Positions 24,248 through 33,188 of a DNA stretch of 64,000 bases are shown here, in pieces. Positions within the stretch are counted from its first letter, which is position 1, and the number at the start of each line of letters is the position of its first letter. The stretch spans positions 96,001 to 160,000 of the forward strand of contig CAXBMO010000012.1 in NCBI GenBank assembly GCA_963977015.1. Reading direction: 5' to 3'. Source of the DNA: an uncultured bacterium (GTDB taxonomy: Bacteria > Verrucomicrobiota > Verrucomicrobiia > Verrucomicrobiales > DEV007). The notes beneath the pieces are model-generated. The model saw only the letters and a list, made by a program, of their open reading frames with translations. It searched no databases and was not told the DNA's origin. The translations under genes were made by a program, and so were the position numbers.

Positions 24248-26149
24248 ATGACGATGCTCACCAAATCTCCAGCCACCTCTCCACCGCTGCGCAGTCCTCG
24301 CCCCTACAAAAAGTGGCTTCTGGAGATCGACCGCCAAGGCCAGTGGATGGCGGATCAGTCGACCGAGGCATTGCGGGAAAAGGTGGCGGACTGGCAGGAA
24401 CAACTGCGCTTTCGGCGCATCTCGCGGGAACAAATCCGGATTCCCGCCTTCGCCCTGGCCCGGGAAGTTGCGTTTCGCACGACTGGTCTTCGAGCCTACC
24501 CGGAACAACTCTTCGGAGCACTGGCCTTGACGAAAGGGGCGGTTGCCGAATTGGCCACGGGAGAAGGAAAGACGTTGGTGGCGATGTTGGCGGCATTCCT
24601 GTTTGCGCTGGAGGGAAGGGGCGTTCATGTGGTGACGGTCAATTCCTATCTTGCCGAGCGCGACGAAGCCTTTGCCCGCTCTTTCTTCGATTCTCTGGGG
24701 TTGACGGTCGGGCTTTTACCGGAGCGGGGAAATCCCGCCGCGAAGCGGGAAGCCTATGGCAAGGATGTTACCTATGGGGTGGGTTATGAGTTTGGGTTCG
24801 ACTATCTACGGGATCAGTTGGCCTTGATCCGTCAGCCGAAATTGCGTCCCACAAAGAAGCTCGAGCGTCTGTTTCTGAATCAATCTGTCGTACAAGAGGT
24901 AACGGTGCAGCGTCGTCTTGCGTTTGCCATTATTGATGAGATTGACAGTGTGTTGATTGATGAGGCAGGGTCGCCACTTGTCGTGGCAGAGGCATCCCGG
25001 AACACAGGTGCATTGGCCCGGCCCTACGAATTGGCCCATCAGGTTGCCGGCCAATTGGAGAAGGGGATTCACTATCAGAATGGCAGTTCCGGCAGGACTC
25101 CAGCCTTCACCCGGGAAGGGAAACGACGCATTGACGAGGTTCCGGATGTTCCCTGGGATCTTCTGAAACGGCCCTGGCCTTACTATGTAGCGAATTCACT
25201 GGTTGCAAGGGAGGGATATCACAAGGAGGAGCATTATATTATTCAGGATGGCAAAATCGTGATCGTGGATGAATTCACCGGCCGGGCCCACGAAGAGCGT
25301 TCCTGGCAACGAGGCCTTCACCAAGCCGTCGAGGTCAAGGAGTCAGTCACCGTGCAACCGGAGATGGAGTCTGCCGCAAGCATTACCCGGCAACGGTGCT
25401 TTGGGCTCTATCAACAGATCTGCGGCTTGACCGGAACCGCGTCCGAATCGGCACATGAATTTCGCTATTTTTTCAAGCTCCCTGTTCTCCGGGTTCCCCT
25501 TCATCGCCCTAACCAACGTGAAAGCCTGAAGGATCGTGTCTTTGTGAACCAGGAAGCGATGTTGAATGCGGTCGTTGAGGAAATTGCGCAGCGTCACGCC
25601 ACCGGTCAACCGGTTCTTCTCGGAACACGGACGATCCAGGTGAGTCAGGAAATTTCGAAACGATTGACCGAACGACAGATCTCGCACCAGATTTTGACGG
25701 CGAAGCAGGACGAAGAGGAAAGTGCCATCGTTGAAAGTGCGGGGAGTCCGGGAAAGGTTTTGGTCGCGACAAATATGGCAGGGCGGGGCACCCACATTCC
25801 GGTTCCGCAGGAATCCCTGGAGCTGGGCGGCCTTCATGTCATCGGGGTTGAGCGAAATGAGTCCGTCCGGATCGATCGCCAATTGATCGGCCGGACGGCG
25901 CGTCAGGGGCAACCGGGTAGTTCGCAGTTTTTCATCAGTGCCGACGATGCCCTATTGACGGTCTTTGCGCCGCGCGTATCGGCGGAATGGAAGAACATGC
26001 CTTGCAAAGCAAACGGACAACTACCCGGCCATCTGGCGCGCATCTACCGCCAGGTTCAGCGCAAAGCGGAAAAGCAACGCTATCAGCAACGGATCCTGAC
26101 CGCGAAACGCGATGAATGGATCGATCAAACTCGCCGCATCCTGGGCTAA
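24248..26149 (+). CDS. secA: Accessory short SecA (SecA_DEAD-type ATPase lacking the C-terminal wing/scaffold region)
   Basis: ELATGEGKT (Walker A), VTVNSYLAERD, FGFDYLRD, IIDEIDSVLIDEA, VDEFTGR, GLHQAVEVKE, GLTGTA, ATNMAGRGT, RIDRQLIGR.ARQG.PG; ~633 aa from ATG 24248. The longer ORF-track start lies inside the M50 gene. Confidence 0.9.
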   Translation: MTMLTKSPATSPPLRSPRPYKKWLLEIDRQGQWMADQSTEALREKVADWQEQLRFRRISREQIRIPAFALAREVAFRTTGLRAYPEQLFGALALTKGAVAELATGEGKTLVAMLAAFLFALEGRGVHVVTVNSYLAERDEAFARSFFDSLGLTVGLLPERGNPAAKREAYGKDVTYGVGYEFGFDYLRDQLALIRQPKLRPTKKLERLFLNQSVVQEVTVQRRLAFAIIDEIDSVLIDEAGSPLVVAEASRNTGALARPYELAHQVAGQLEKGIHYQNGSSGRTPAFTREGKRRIDEVPDVPWDLLKRPWPYYVANSLVAREGYHKEEHYIIQDGKIVIVDEFTGRAHEERSWQRGLHQAVEVKESVTVQPEMESAASITRQRCFGLYQQICGLTGTASESAHEFRYFFKLPVLRVPLHRPNQRESLKDRVFVNQEAMLNAVVEEIAQRHATGQPVLLGTRTIQVSQEISKRLTERQISHQILTAKQDEEESAIVESAGSPGKVLVATNMAGRGTHIPVPQESLELGGLHVIGVERNESVRIDRQLIGRTARQGQPGSSQFFISADDALLTVFAPRVSAEWKNMPCKANGQLPGHLARIYRQVQRKAEKQRYQQRILTAKRDEWIDQTRRILG

Positions 26150-26164
26150 AACCACAACCATCCT

Positions 26165-26983
26165 ATGACTCGACTCCTTGTTGCCCTTTTCCTGTTCACC
26201 AGCCCCTTGATCGCTCAAGACGGCCATTTCGAAGTTCTCACGACCCTGCGACCTTACCAGAGTATTGAACTTTCGACGACCGAACGCGGCGTGATTCGTG
26301 AAATCCTGGCTCAACCGGGTGACGAGGTCGTGGCTGGCCAGGTTCTCATCAAGTTGAATGCGGAAACCATCGCTGCGCGATTGGCTCAAGCCAAGATTCA
26401 AGCCAAGCACAGCGGTCTCGTTGTCGCTGCAGAAGCCGGATACAATCTCTCCAAAGACCGGTTCGAAATTGTTTCTCAACTCAAGAAGCGAGGAACCGCG
26501 AATGCCGCTGAACTGGATCGGGAGTTGGCGACGTTCAAGGCGCGCGAAGGCGAGTTGATGGCGGCCCGTGAACAGCAGGAGCTTTTCGGGTATCAAGTTC
26601 AACAGATTGAGGCGGAGCTGGAACAGCGATTTTTGCGAAGCCCGATCGATGGTGTGGTCACCGATGTCGCGAAGGATGTTGCTGAAGCCGTCGGGCAGAA
26701 CCTGGCGTCTGAGTCGCCCTATCTGATTCGTGTTGTGAATCTCGACCAGCTCTCGTCCAAAGCTCACATCCCCTATGTTCACGCTCAAAATCTCCAACTC
26801 GGTCAGGTCCTCAAAATCCGCCTGGAAGACGGGAGGCAGACCGAGGCCGAGGCGGAAATTGAATTCATTTCCCCAATTGTTGAGCCGGCCACCGGAACCG
26901 TTGAGGTTCGGCTGGTGGTGCAGAATCTGGAGCGCAGGTATGTCAGTGGACTTCCGTCCAGGTTGCTCGTTCCCATCAAGTAA
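26165..26983 (+). CDS. Efflux RND/T1SS periplasmic adaptor subunit
   Basis: Signal peptide; G.I.EI..QPGD.V..GQVL, coiled coil, LRSPIDGVV, FISPIVEPATGT.EVR. Confidence 0.88.
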   Translation: MTRLLVALFLFTSPLIAQDGHFEVLTTLRPYQSIELSTTERGVIREILAQPGDEVVAGQVLIKLNAETIAARLAQAKIQAKHSGLVVAAEAGYNLSKDRFEIVSQLKKRGTANAAELDRELATFKAREGELMAAREQQELFGYQVQQIEAELEQRFLRSPIDGVVTDVAKDVAEAVGQNLASESPYLIRVVNLDQLSSKAHIPYVHAQNLQLGQVLKIRLEDGRQTEAEAEIEFISPIVEPATGTVEVRLVVQNLERRYVSGLPSRLLVPIK

Positions 26984-27077
26984 ACCTGGTTGCGGCGAAT
27001 CTGGAACATCGGGAGGAACTTTTGGGGGTGATGAGAATGTTCATTGGAAGGATTGAGGTTTTGGTGCGTGTTCAAAA

Positions 27078-27809
27078 GTGGTGACCCCATTCCGGCAATT
27101 CCCAATTTCAGATGCAGCTTCAGCGACCCTTTTTGTGTTGGGCCTCGCTGTGTTCGGGATGGGGTCCGCTTTTGCGGAAGAACGTGCCGATGGGCTGGCT
27201 TCCGGACTGGCGGCGTCTGCGTTTGCTCCGGAGCCGGTCACAGAGGAGGATTTTGCGGAGTTGAAAGAGCATTCGCCCTTTCTCCGTCCCCTCGATCTCT
27301 CGCAATCATTGGTCCTCACGGGATTGGCTGAGGTTGATGGGAAGCTGATCGCGACCCTCCGCCACCGCAAAACCAAGGAAACCCACGTCGTTTCAGGTTC
27401 GAGCAGTGCCAACGCACTTGGCTGGCAACTGGTCGGCGTTGAAGGGGATCAGAACGATCTCCAGACCCTGAGTGCCCGGATTTCGGTTGGGAGAGGGGAG
27501 GTCGTTTCGATCGGTTTCGATGATCAGCAGCTTCGTCCCCGCACCGTCCTGATCGGGCCGAAGGTCCCTGCTTCCGAAGCCAAGAGGATCGCGAAAGAGG
27601 CGCAGAATTATCGAAGGGGGATCTCGGCAGACGGCTTTTCGGGGGCGCCCCCACGGGAGTTGGCGGACAAGCTGTCGAGGTTGAGCGAAGAACAGCGTGG
27701 TCGTCTTATCTACCAAGTTAGTGAGATGCGAAAGAAGGGGGTGAGCAGCGAGGAACGCCGCAAGGTTTTTGTTCGCATGGTGGATCAGGCGCTACCCAAA
27801 GGACGGTAG
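27078..27809 (+). CDS. Hypothetical exported protein
   Basis: 243-aa ORF with signal-like hydrophobic segment (LFVLGLAVFGMGSAFA); start uncertain. Confidence 0.6.
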   Translation: MVTPFRQFPISDAASATLFVLGLAVFGMGSAFAEERADGLASGLAASAFAPEPVTEEDFAELKEHSPFLRPLDLSQSLVLTGLAEVDGKLIATLRHRKTKETHVVSGSSSANALGWQLVGVEGDQNDLQTLSARISVGRGEVVSIGFDDQQLRPRTVLIGPKVPASEAKRIAKEAQNYRRGISADGFSGAPPRELADKLSRLSEEQRGRLIYQVSEMRKKGVSSEERRKVFVRMVDQALPKGR

Positions 27810-27828
27810 CCACTTTTTACCGGGCCGC

Positions 27829-28326
27829 CTACTCCCGTTCGAACTTCACAAAACCCTTCAACGTGGTTTGGCCGAGGGCGCTCACGAACTCGAAGTTGAC
27901 CTCGTAGATGTCACCACGAATCGCCTTTTGCAATCGGATGAGGGTTCCGCCGGGGAACGGTTCGAGCGTGGCTGTGAGAGCGGCTTGATCGATGCTGACT
28001 TGAAACTCGGACACGTTTTCGGGCGAAGATGCCGTGACGTATTCTCCCCGATACAGTCCCTCCAGCTCGTGGGCAGTGTAGGTCCAGGAATACTCGACGG
28101 GATTGTCATTCGCCACGAGGTTTCCCTGGATCGTGAAAACATCTCCTTCGCTGGAAAAGGACGCCACGATCCGGTTGGTGAGCTGGGCGGTTTCGAAGTT
28201 GGCGTCGGTCATTTCTCCGGCGCCAGTCCAGGTTCCCTCCAGCGCTTTAAAAAACGCGTTCTCCCGCAGATCCTCCGCGAAGGTTGGCAGGAGTAAGGCA
28301 AGCCAGATCAGTAGAACCCGATTCAT
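27829..28326 (-). CDS. Hypothetical exported beta-rich protein
   Basis: Signal peptide, then LEGTWTG.G motif typical of small beta-barrel (DUF1579-like) proteins. Confidence 0.65.
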   Translation of the reverse strand: MNRVLLIWLALLLPTFAEDLRENAFFKALEGTWTGAGEMTDANFETAQLTNRIVASFSSEGDVFTIQGNLVANDNPVEYSWTYTAHELEGLYRGEYVTASSPENVSEFQVSIDQAALTATLEPFPGGTLIRLQKAIRGDIYEVNFEFVSALGQTTLKGFVKFERE

Positions 28327-28459
28327 TGCTTCATCCTATCATTTCGAAGGCTCTGACCAAGCTTAAGTTGCTCGCAACGCAATTCCGCAGCGCAAGTGAT
28401 GACGCCGCGATTGACAAGCCAAGCCATGGTTCCTAAGCTGCGCCTCGTTGAAAACCCCC

Positions 28460-29392
28460 ATGAAAAAGACCCTCATCCTGGCCTTCATTTTTGCCAATAG
28501 CATCAGTTGGCTCACCGCCCAGCAGGAAGAAACTGCGCCGGCTCCCGAGCCGCCCACTCACGCCGATGTCGCCTACGGTCCACACACGCCCAACGTGCTC
28601 GACATCTGGATCGCCGAAGGCGAAGGACCGCGGCCGCTTCACGTTTACATTCATGGCGGCGGCTGGACTAGCGGCGACAAGTTCAAGAAAGGAAATCCTC
28701 AGAACGCGTGGCTCGCCAAGGGCATTTCCTATGCGGCCATCAACTATCGTCACACGCCTGGGGCTCCACTCCCGGCCCCGGTTCACGACGCGGCCCGCGC
28801 CATCCAGTTTCTTCGCTCCAACGCAGAAGCGTGGAACATCGACAAGGAGAAAATCTGTCTCAGCGGGGGAAGCGCCGGGGCCTGCACCTCCATGTGGTTG
28901 CTCACCCATGACGATCTCGCCGACTCCGACGCCGAAGATCCGGTGATGCGCGAATCGACCCGGGTTTCGGGCGCCGCCGTCTCCTCGGGACAGACCTCCA
29001 TCGATCCCAAGCAGATCGAGCCTTGGCTGGGGCCCATGGTGCTCCAGCATCGAATGATCAATATGGCCGTTGGTGAGGAGACGATCGAGGGTGCGTTGAA
29101 GAACTACGAAACCCACAAGGCCCTGTATCAGGAATTTTCGGCCTACAATCACGTTAGCAAAGACGATCCGCCGCTCTTCATGACCTACGGCAGAGACATG
29201 ACGCTCCCTTCCAAGAGTGCCGGTCACGGGATTCATCACCCGGTCTACGGCGTGAAAATGAAAGAGAAAGCCGACCGTGTGGGGATGGAATGCCATCTCC
29301 TCATCGGCGGTGGCACCGTCTCCAAGTCTGAAACATACAAGAACGCGGACGCGTTTATCACCGCGATCCTGTTGGGGACTGACGAATCCTAG
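28460..29392 (+). CDS. Alpha/beta hydrolase (esterase/lipase)
   Basis: Signal peptide; HGGGW oxyanion motif, INYR, GGSAG nucleophile motif, GIHHP. Confidence 0.88.
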   Translation: MKKTLILAFIFANSISWLTAQQEETAPAPEPPTHADVAYGPHTPNVLDIWIAEGEGPRPLHVYIHGGGWTSGDKFKKGNPQNAWLAKGISYAAINYRHTPGAPLPAPVHDAARAIQFLRSNAEAWNIDKEKICLSGGSAGACTSMWLLTHDDLADSDAEDPVMRESTRVSGAAVSSGQTSIDPKQIEPWLGPMVLQHRMINMAVGEETIEGALKNYETHKALYQEFSAYNHVSKDDPPLFMTYGRDMTLPSKSAGHGIHHPVYGVKMKEKADRVGMECHLLIGGGTVSKSETYKNADAFITAILLGTDES

Positions 29393-29458
29393 CCGGGCAT
29401 CGAATTTTCCGCCCCATACGCGGGGTTGCGTTTCCACCGTCCTGCGGGTTAGTCGGCC

Positions 29459-31213
29459 ATGCTCCTCCGATTAACCCCCGCTCTTCTCTGCGCACTCTTC
29501 GGAGCGTCGCACCTCGCGAACGCCGACGTTCTTGAAGTCCTCGGCACGCCGTGCCAGGTGCTGCCATCCTCTCAACAAGTCTCGATCCAGCCCGAATCGG
29601 ATTCCGTCGTCGGGGTCACCACAGCGCCGGGCAAGGACGGCTATCCCGGTGTTCGCATTGGTCCCGGCAACGGCAAAACTCTCGATGCGTCCGCCTTCAG
29701 CCACCTGGCGGCGACGGTTCGCAACACCGGCGCTGAGCCGTTCACCATTCACCTGCGCATCGACAATCCGGGTGATTGGAGAAAGTCGCCGTGGAATGTC
29801 GAAAAACTGCGCGTTGAGCCCGGCGAAGCTGCCGTCGTGCGAACCTTTTTCGGGTATCAGCACGGGTTCAAGAAAGGCTATGCCCTCGACCCCGCCCGCA
29901 TTTCGGAGATCCAACTCTTCACCGGCAAAGCCGACGAAACCCCCATCAGCTTTCGCCTCGAATCCCTCTCCGCCGCCGGAACTCCGGGAGAGTCGCCGCG
30001 TCTCGCCGAGGCGATCCTCAACACGATTGAACCGCAGGACGGAATTCTCTATCAAGCCGGCGTCACCGATCCAAACCAAGTCAACATCACCCGATCTGGT
30101 GAGCAATTTCAGGTCCGACCCGTCGAGGGACAATGGAACCTGCGCAACTACAACCAGATCACCGTCACCCTGCGCGATGGAACGCAGGTGAACGTCCGCG
30201 CCATCGACCACGGAAATCGCGGCACCGCCTTGATGCCATCCCCCGTGCTCTTTCGTCGCGACGAAGTCTGGCACGGACACATCGGCAAGGGGGCTTCCGA
30301 ATCGCATCCCGTCTTCGACAGCCGCCGTGTCAAAGCGATCGAAATCAGTGGCGGCCCGAACGGAGCCGAAATCGAATCCATCATCGCCGGTGTCCACGTT
30401 TTTCAACGTCCCGACTGGTTCGGCAAACGACCCCCCATTCCCGGCGAATGGAAACTCACCCTCGAAGACGAATTCGACCAACCTGCGATCGACGCCCGAA
30501 CCTGGAACGTCGCCGGTCCCAACTACTGGGGCGCCAAAGAACTCACCCATTGGAGCCGCGAAAACGTCATCCTCAAAGACGGCACCGCTTCGCTCTGCAT
30601 GGAAAAGAAATTCGGCCATCACAACGACGACACCAGCCAACACACCAGTCCCTACACCGGCGGCTACCTCGATACCTACGACAACTGGCGCCAACGCTAC
30701 GGCTACTTCGAGGCCCGTATGAAACTTCCCACCGCCGACGGACTCTGGCCCGCCTTCTGGCTCATGCCCGACGCCGGTCGCGAACTCGGCCCCATGTGGA
30801 AACGCCAGAAGACCGAACCGCACGGCATGGAATTCGACATCCTCGAGCATCTCACCGGCTGGGGCCCCTACCGCTACCACATCGCCATGCACTGGGATGG
30901 CTACGGCAAAAACCATCAATCCACCGGCGCCTCCAGCATCTACTTCTCGCCGGATGAAGACGGCTTCGTCACCTCCGGCCTTTTGTGGGAACCCGGCCGC
31001 GCCGTCTACTACGTCAACGGTCGCGAAATTGGCCGTGTTGAAAGCGATCGCATCTCCGACATCCCCGGCATGATCATCTTCACCCTCCCCATTGGTGGCT
31101 GGGACAATCGCCCCCTCAACGACGCCCAACTCCCCGCCCACTTCACCATCGACTACGTCAGAGTCTGGCAACGAAACGACCTCGCCTCCGAGGCCGATGG
31201 CCACTACGAGTGA
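29459..31213 (+). CDS. Glycoside hydrolase family 16 with N-terminal carbohydrate-binding-like domain
   Basis: Signal peptide; WKLTLEDEF, YGYFEARMK, WPAFWL, catalytic EFDILE (ExDxxE), IDYVRVWQ. Confidence 0.9.
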   Translation: MLLRLTPALLCALFGASHLANADVLEVLGTPCQVLPSSQQVSIQPESDSVVGVTTAPGKDGYPGVRIGPGNGKTLDASAFSHLAATVRNTGAEPFTIHLRIDNPGDWRKSPWNVEKLRVEPGEAAVVRTFFGYQHGFKKGYALDPARISEIQLFTGKADETPISFRLESLSAAGTPGESPRLAEAILNTIEPQDGILYQAGVTDPNQVNITRSGEQFQVRPVEGQWNLRNYNQITVTLRDGTQVNVRAIDHGNRGTALMPSPVLFRRDEVWHGHIGKGASESHPVFDSRRVKAIEISGGPNGAEIESIIAGVHVFQRPDWFGKRPPIPGEWKLTLEDEFDQPAIDARTWNVAGPNYWGAKELTHWSRENVILKDGTASLCMEKKFGHHNDDTSQHTSPYTGGYLDTYDNWRQRYGYFEARMKLPTADGLWPAFWLMPDAGRELGPMWKRQKTEPHGMEFDILEHLTGWGPYRYHIAMHWDGYGKNHQSTGASSIYFSPDEDGFVTSGLLWEPGRAVYYVNGREIGRVESDRISDIPGMIIFTLPIGGWDNRPLNDAQLPAHFTIDYVRVWQRNDLASEADGHYE

Positions 31214-31240
31214 CCGGTTGGGGAACCGCAGATGGGAATC

Positions 31241-31290
31241 TTTGGACTGCGGAAGCCTGCTGCCGCTATTTCAGAAAGCAGCCCTGCTGC
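31241..31290 (+). repeat. REP-like element, left of RAYT-1
   Basis: TTTGGACTGCGGAAGCCTGCTGCCGC...GCAGCCCTGCTGC; GC-rich hairpin; imperfect inverted copy at 31961-32010. Confidence 0.8.
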
Positions 31291-31348
31291 TGGACCAATT
31301 CCAAATACGGATTCAACTTCTGACAACGTAAAACGGCCCCTTATCCCG

Positions 31349-31942
31349 ATGATTAACCAGCCTGCTTCACTTCCAACGAATGAACAATCAGGCACGGGTT
31401 CCCGCGATTGGCCTCACGCCCCACCACATCGATTGGGTGGAGCCGGCGTTTACTTTGTGACGGCTCGCGCCCGCGATCAGCGTCATATCCTCGCTGATGA
31501 CACGATGAAATCCTGGTTTCAGAAACTCCTGTTTGTCGTGGTTGATGAGTTTGGTTGGAAACTTGAGGTATGGGCCATTCTATCCAATCACTATCACTTC
31601 GTTGCGCATAGTCCCGAGAATGGAGAGGATGGTAAAACGCTGAGCCCGTGCCTGCGAAAGCTTCATAGCCTGACGACGAAGGAGTTGAACCGTCGAGAGA
31701 ACCAGTCAGGCCGAACTCGCCTTTGGCAGAACTACCGCGAAACTCACCTGACGTATCAACGAAGTTATCTGGCGCGGTTGAATTATGTCCACCAAAACGC
31801 GGTTCATCACGGTTTGGTGACGGACGGGATTGACTATCCGTGGTGCAGTGCCGCGAAGTTTATGGATTCAGTGACTCCCGCCTGGAGCAAAACCGTTGCG
31901 AGTTTTAGGTATGATGAAATTGCGAAGGAGGACGGCGAGTAA
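31349..31942 (+). mobile_element. REP-associated tyrosine transposase (RAYT, IS200-like Y1 HUH family), copy 1
   Basis: WPHAPPH, YFVT, HUH motif SNHYHFV, LWQNY, NYVHQNAV.HGLV, YPWCSA; flanked by inverted REP-like repeats. Confidence 0.88.
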
Positions 31943-31960
31943 GGCTTGCCCTGATGGGGC

Positions 31961-32010
31961 GGCAGCAGGGCTGCCTGCTTGAAGGCGGCAGCAGGCTGCA
32001 GCAGTCCAAA
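31961..32010 (-). repeat. REP-like element, right of RAYT-1 (inverted)
   Basis: Reverse complement TTTGGACTGCTGCAGCCTGCTGCCGCCTTCAAGCAGGCAGCCCTGCTGCC aligns with 31241-31290. Confidence 0.8.
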
Positions 32011-32020
32011 AGCAGACAGG

Positions 32021-32932
32021 CTAACCCAAATGAGCCGTGAAAAACTCCACCGTCCGCTTCCAAGCCAGCTCCGCCTGTTCCTCATCGTAGCGGCTCGTTG
32101 AATCATTGTGGAAGCCGTGGTTCGCGGCTGGATACATGTGCATCGTGTAAGGCACATCGTTCGCCTTCAAATCCGCCTCATACTCCGGCCACGTCCCATT
32201 CACCCGCTTGTCCAGCTCCGCCAACTGAATCATCAACGGCCCCTTGATGTTCTTGCGCAGCTCCTTCGCCGCTGGAGTCCCGTAAAACGGCACTCCCGCA
32301 TCCAGCACATCCGGAATCGCCGCCGCCAGCATGTTCACCACATACCCGCCATAACAAAAGCCCACCGCACCCAATTTTTCCGTCGTCGACTCCAGCGCGT
32401 TCACATATTTCGCCGCTGCGATGAAGTCCTGCTCCAGCTTCGCCGCATCCATCGACTTCTGCATCGCGCGTCCCTCGTCATCATTCCCCGGATATCCGCC
32501 TAACGGATGCAACGCATCCGGAGCAAACGCCACAAAGCCCGCCTTCGCCGCCCGCCGCGCCACATCCTTCACATACGGATTCAGCCCGCGATTCTCATGC
32601 ACCACCAGCACCGCCGGCAACTTGCCTTCCACCGCCGTTGGTGTCACCAGGTAACCACGACCCTCGCCATGGCCATTGGGCGAATCAAACAACGCATACT
32701 GCGCCTTGATGTCGGGATCATTGAAACTCACCTGCTCGGCTTGCGCATAATTCGGCATCAGCGCACCCATCAACGTCCCCATCGTCAGTCCCCCAACCGT
32801 CAGCGTCGAAAGGCGATTTAGAAACGTGCGCCGGTCAATGATGCCGTGGGCATACTCATCATACCAATCGAAAGCTTCTTGTGGGATTGGCTGGGTGGCG
32901 GGTGATTCGGGAGAGAAAGTTGGAGTCATCAT
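32021..32932 (-). CDS. Dienelactone hydrolase family protein (YghX-like)
   Basis: YDEYAHG.IDRRTFL twin-Arg-like leader, HENRGLN, GFCYGG nucleophile, HGFHND. Confidence 0.9.
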   Translation of the reverse strand: MMTPTFSPESPATQPIPQEAFDWYDEYAHGIIDRRTFLNRLSTLTVGGLTMGTLMGALMPNYAQAEQVSFNDPDIKAQYALFDSPNGHGEGRGYLVTPTAVEGKLPAVLVVHENRGLNPYVKDVARRAAKAGFVAFAPDALHPLGGYPGNDDEGRAMQKSMDAAKLEQDFIAAAKYVNALESTTEKLGAVGFCYGGYVVNMLAAAIPDVLDAGVPFYGTPAAKELRKNIKGPLMIQLAELDKRVNGTWPEYEADLKANDVPYTMHMYPAANHGFHNDSTSRYDEEQAELAWKRTVEFFTAHLG

Positions 32933-33188
32933 GAAAGGGGTTGAGATTCGGCATTCACCTTCCAACTCCTTTGCCGAACCTCAAGCAAAACCTGACGAAC
33001 CAACCTTCGCTGGAAGGAGACCGCCGATGACGCACCTTGGACGGCTCGAAAGGTGCCCCGTTGGAACCTTGGGCAACTCATTCTCGATGACAAAGCGAGT
33101 CTATCCGTCGGAGTTTCTACACCGATTGATGATGCCAACCGTGGTGAAGAACTTCATCAAATAGGGCCACCCGTGACCATGAAATCGG

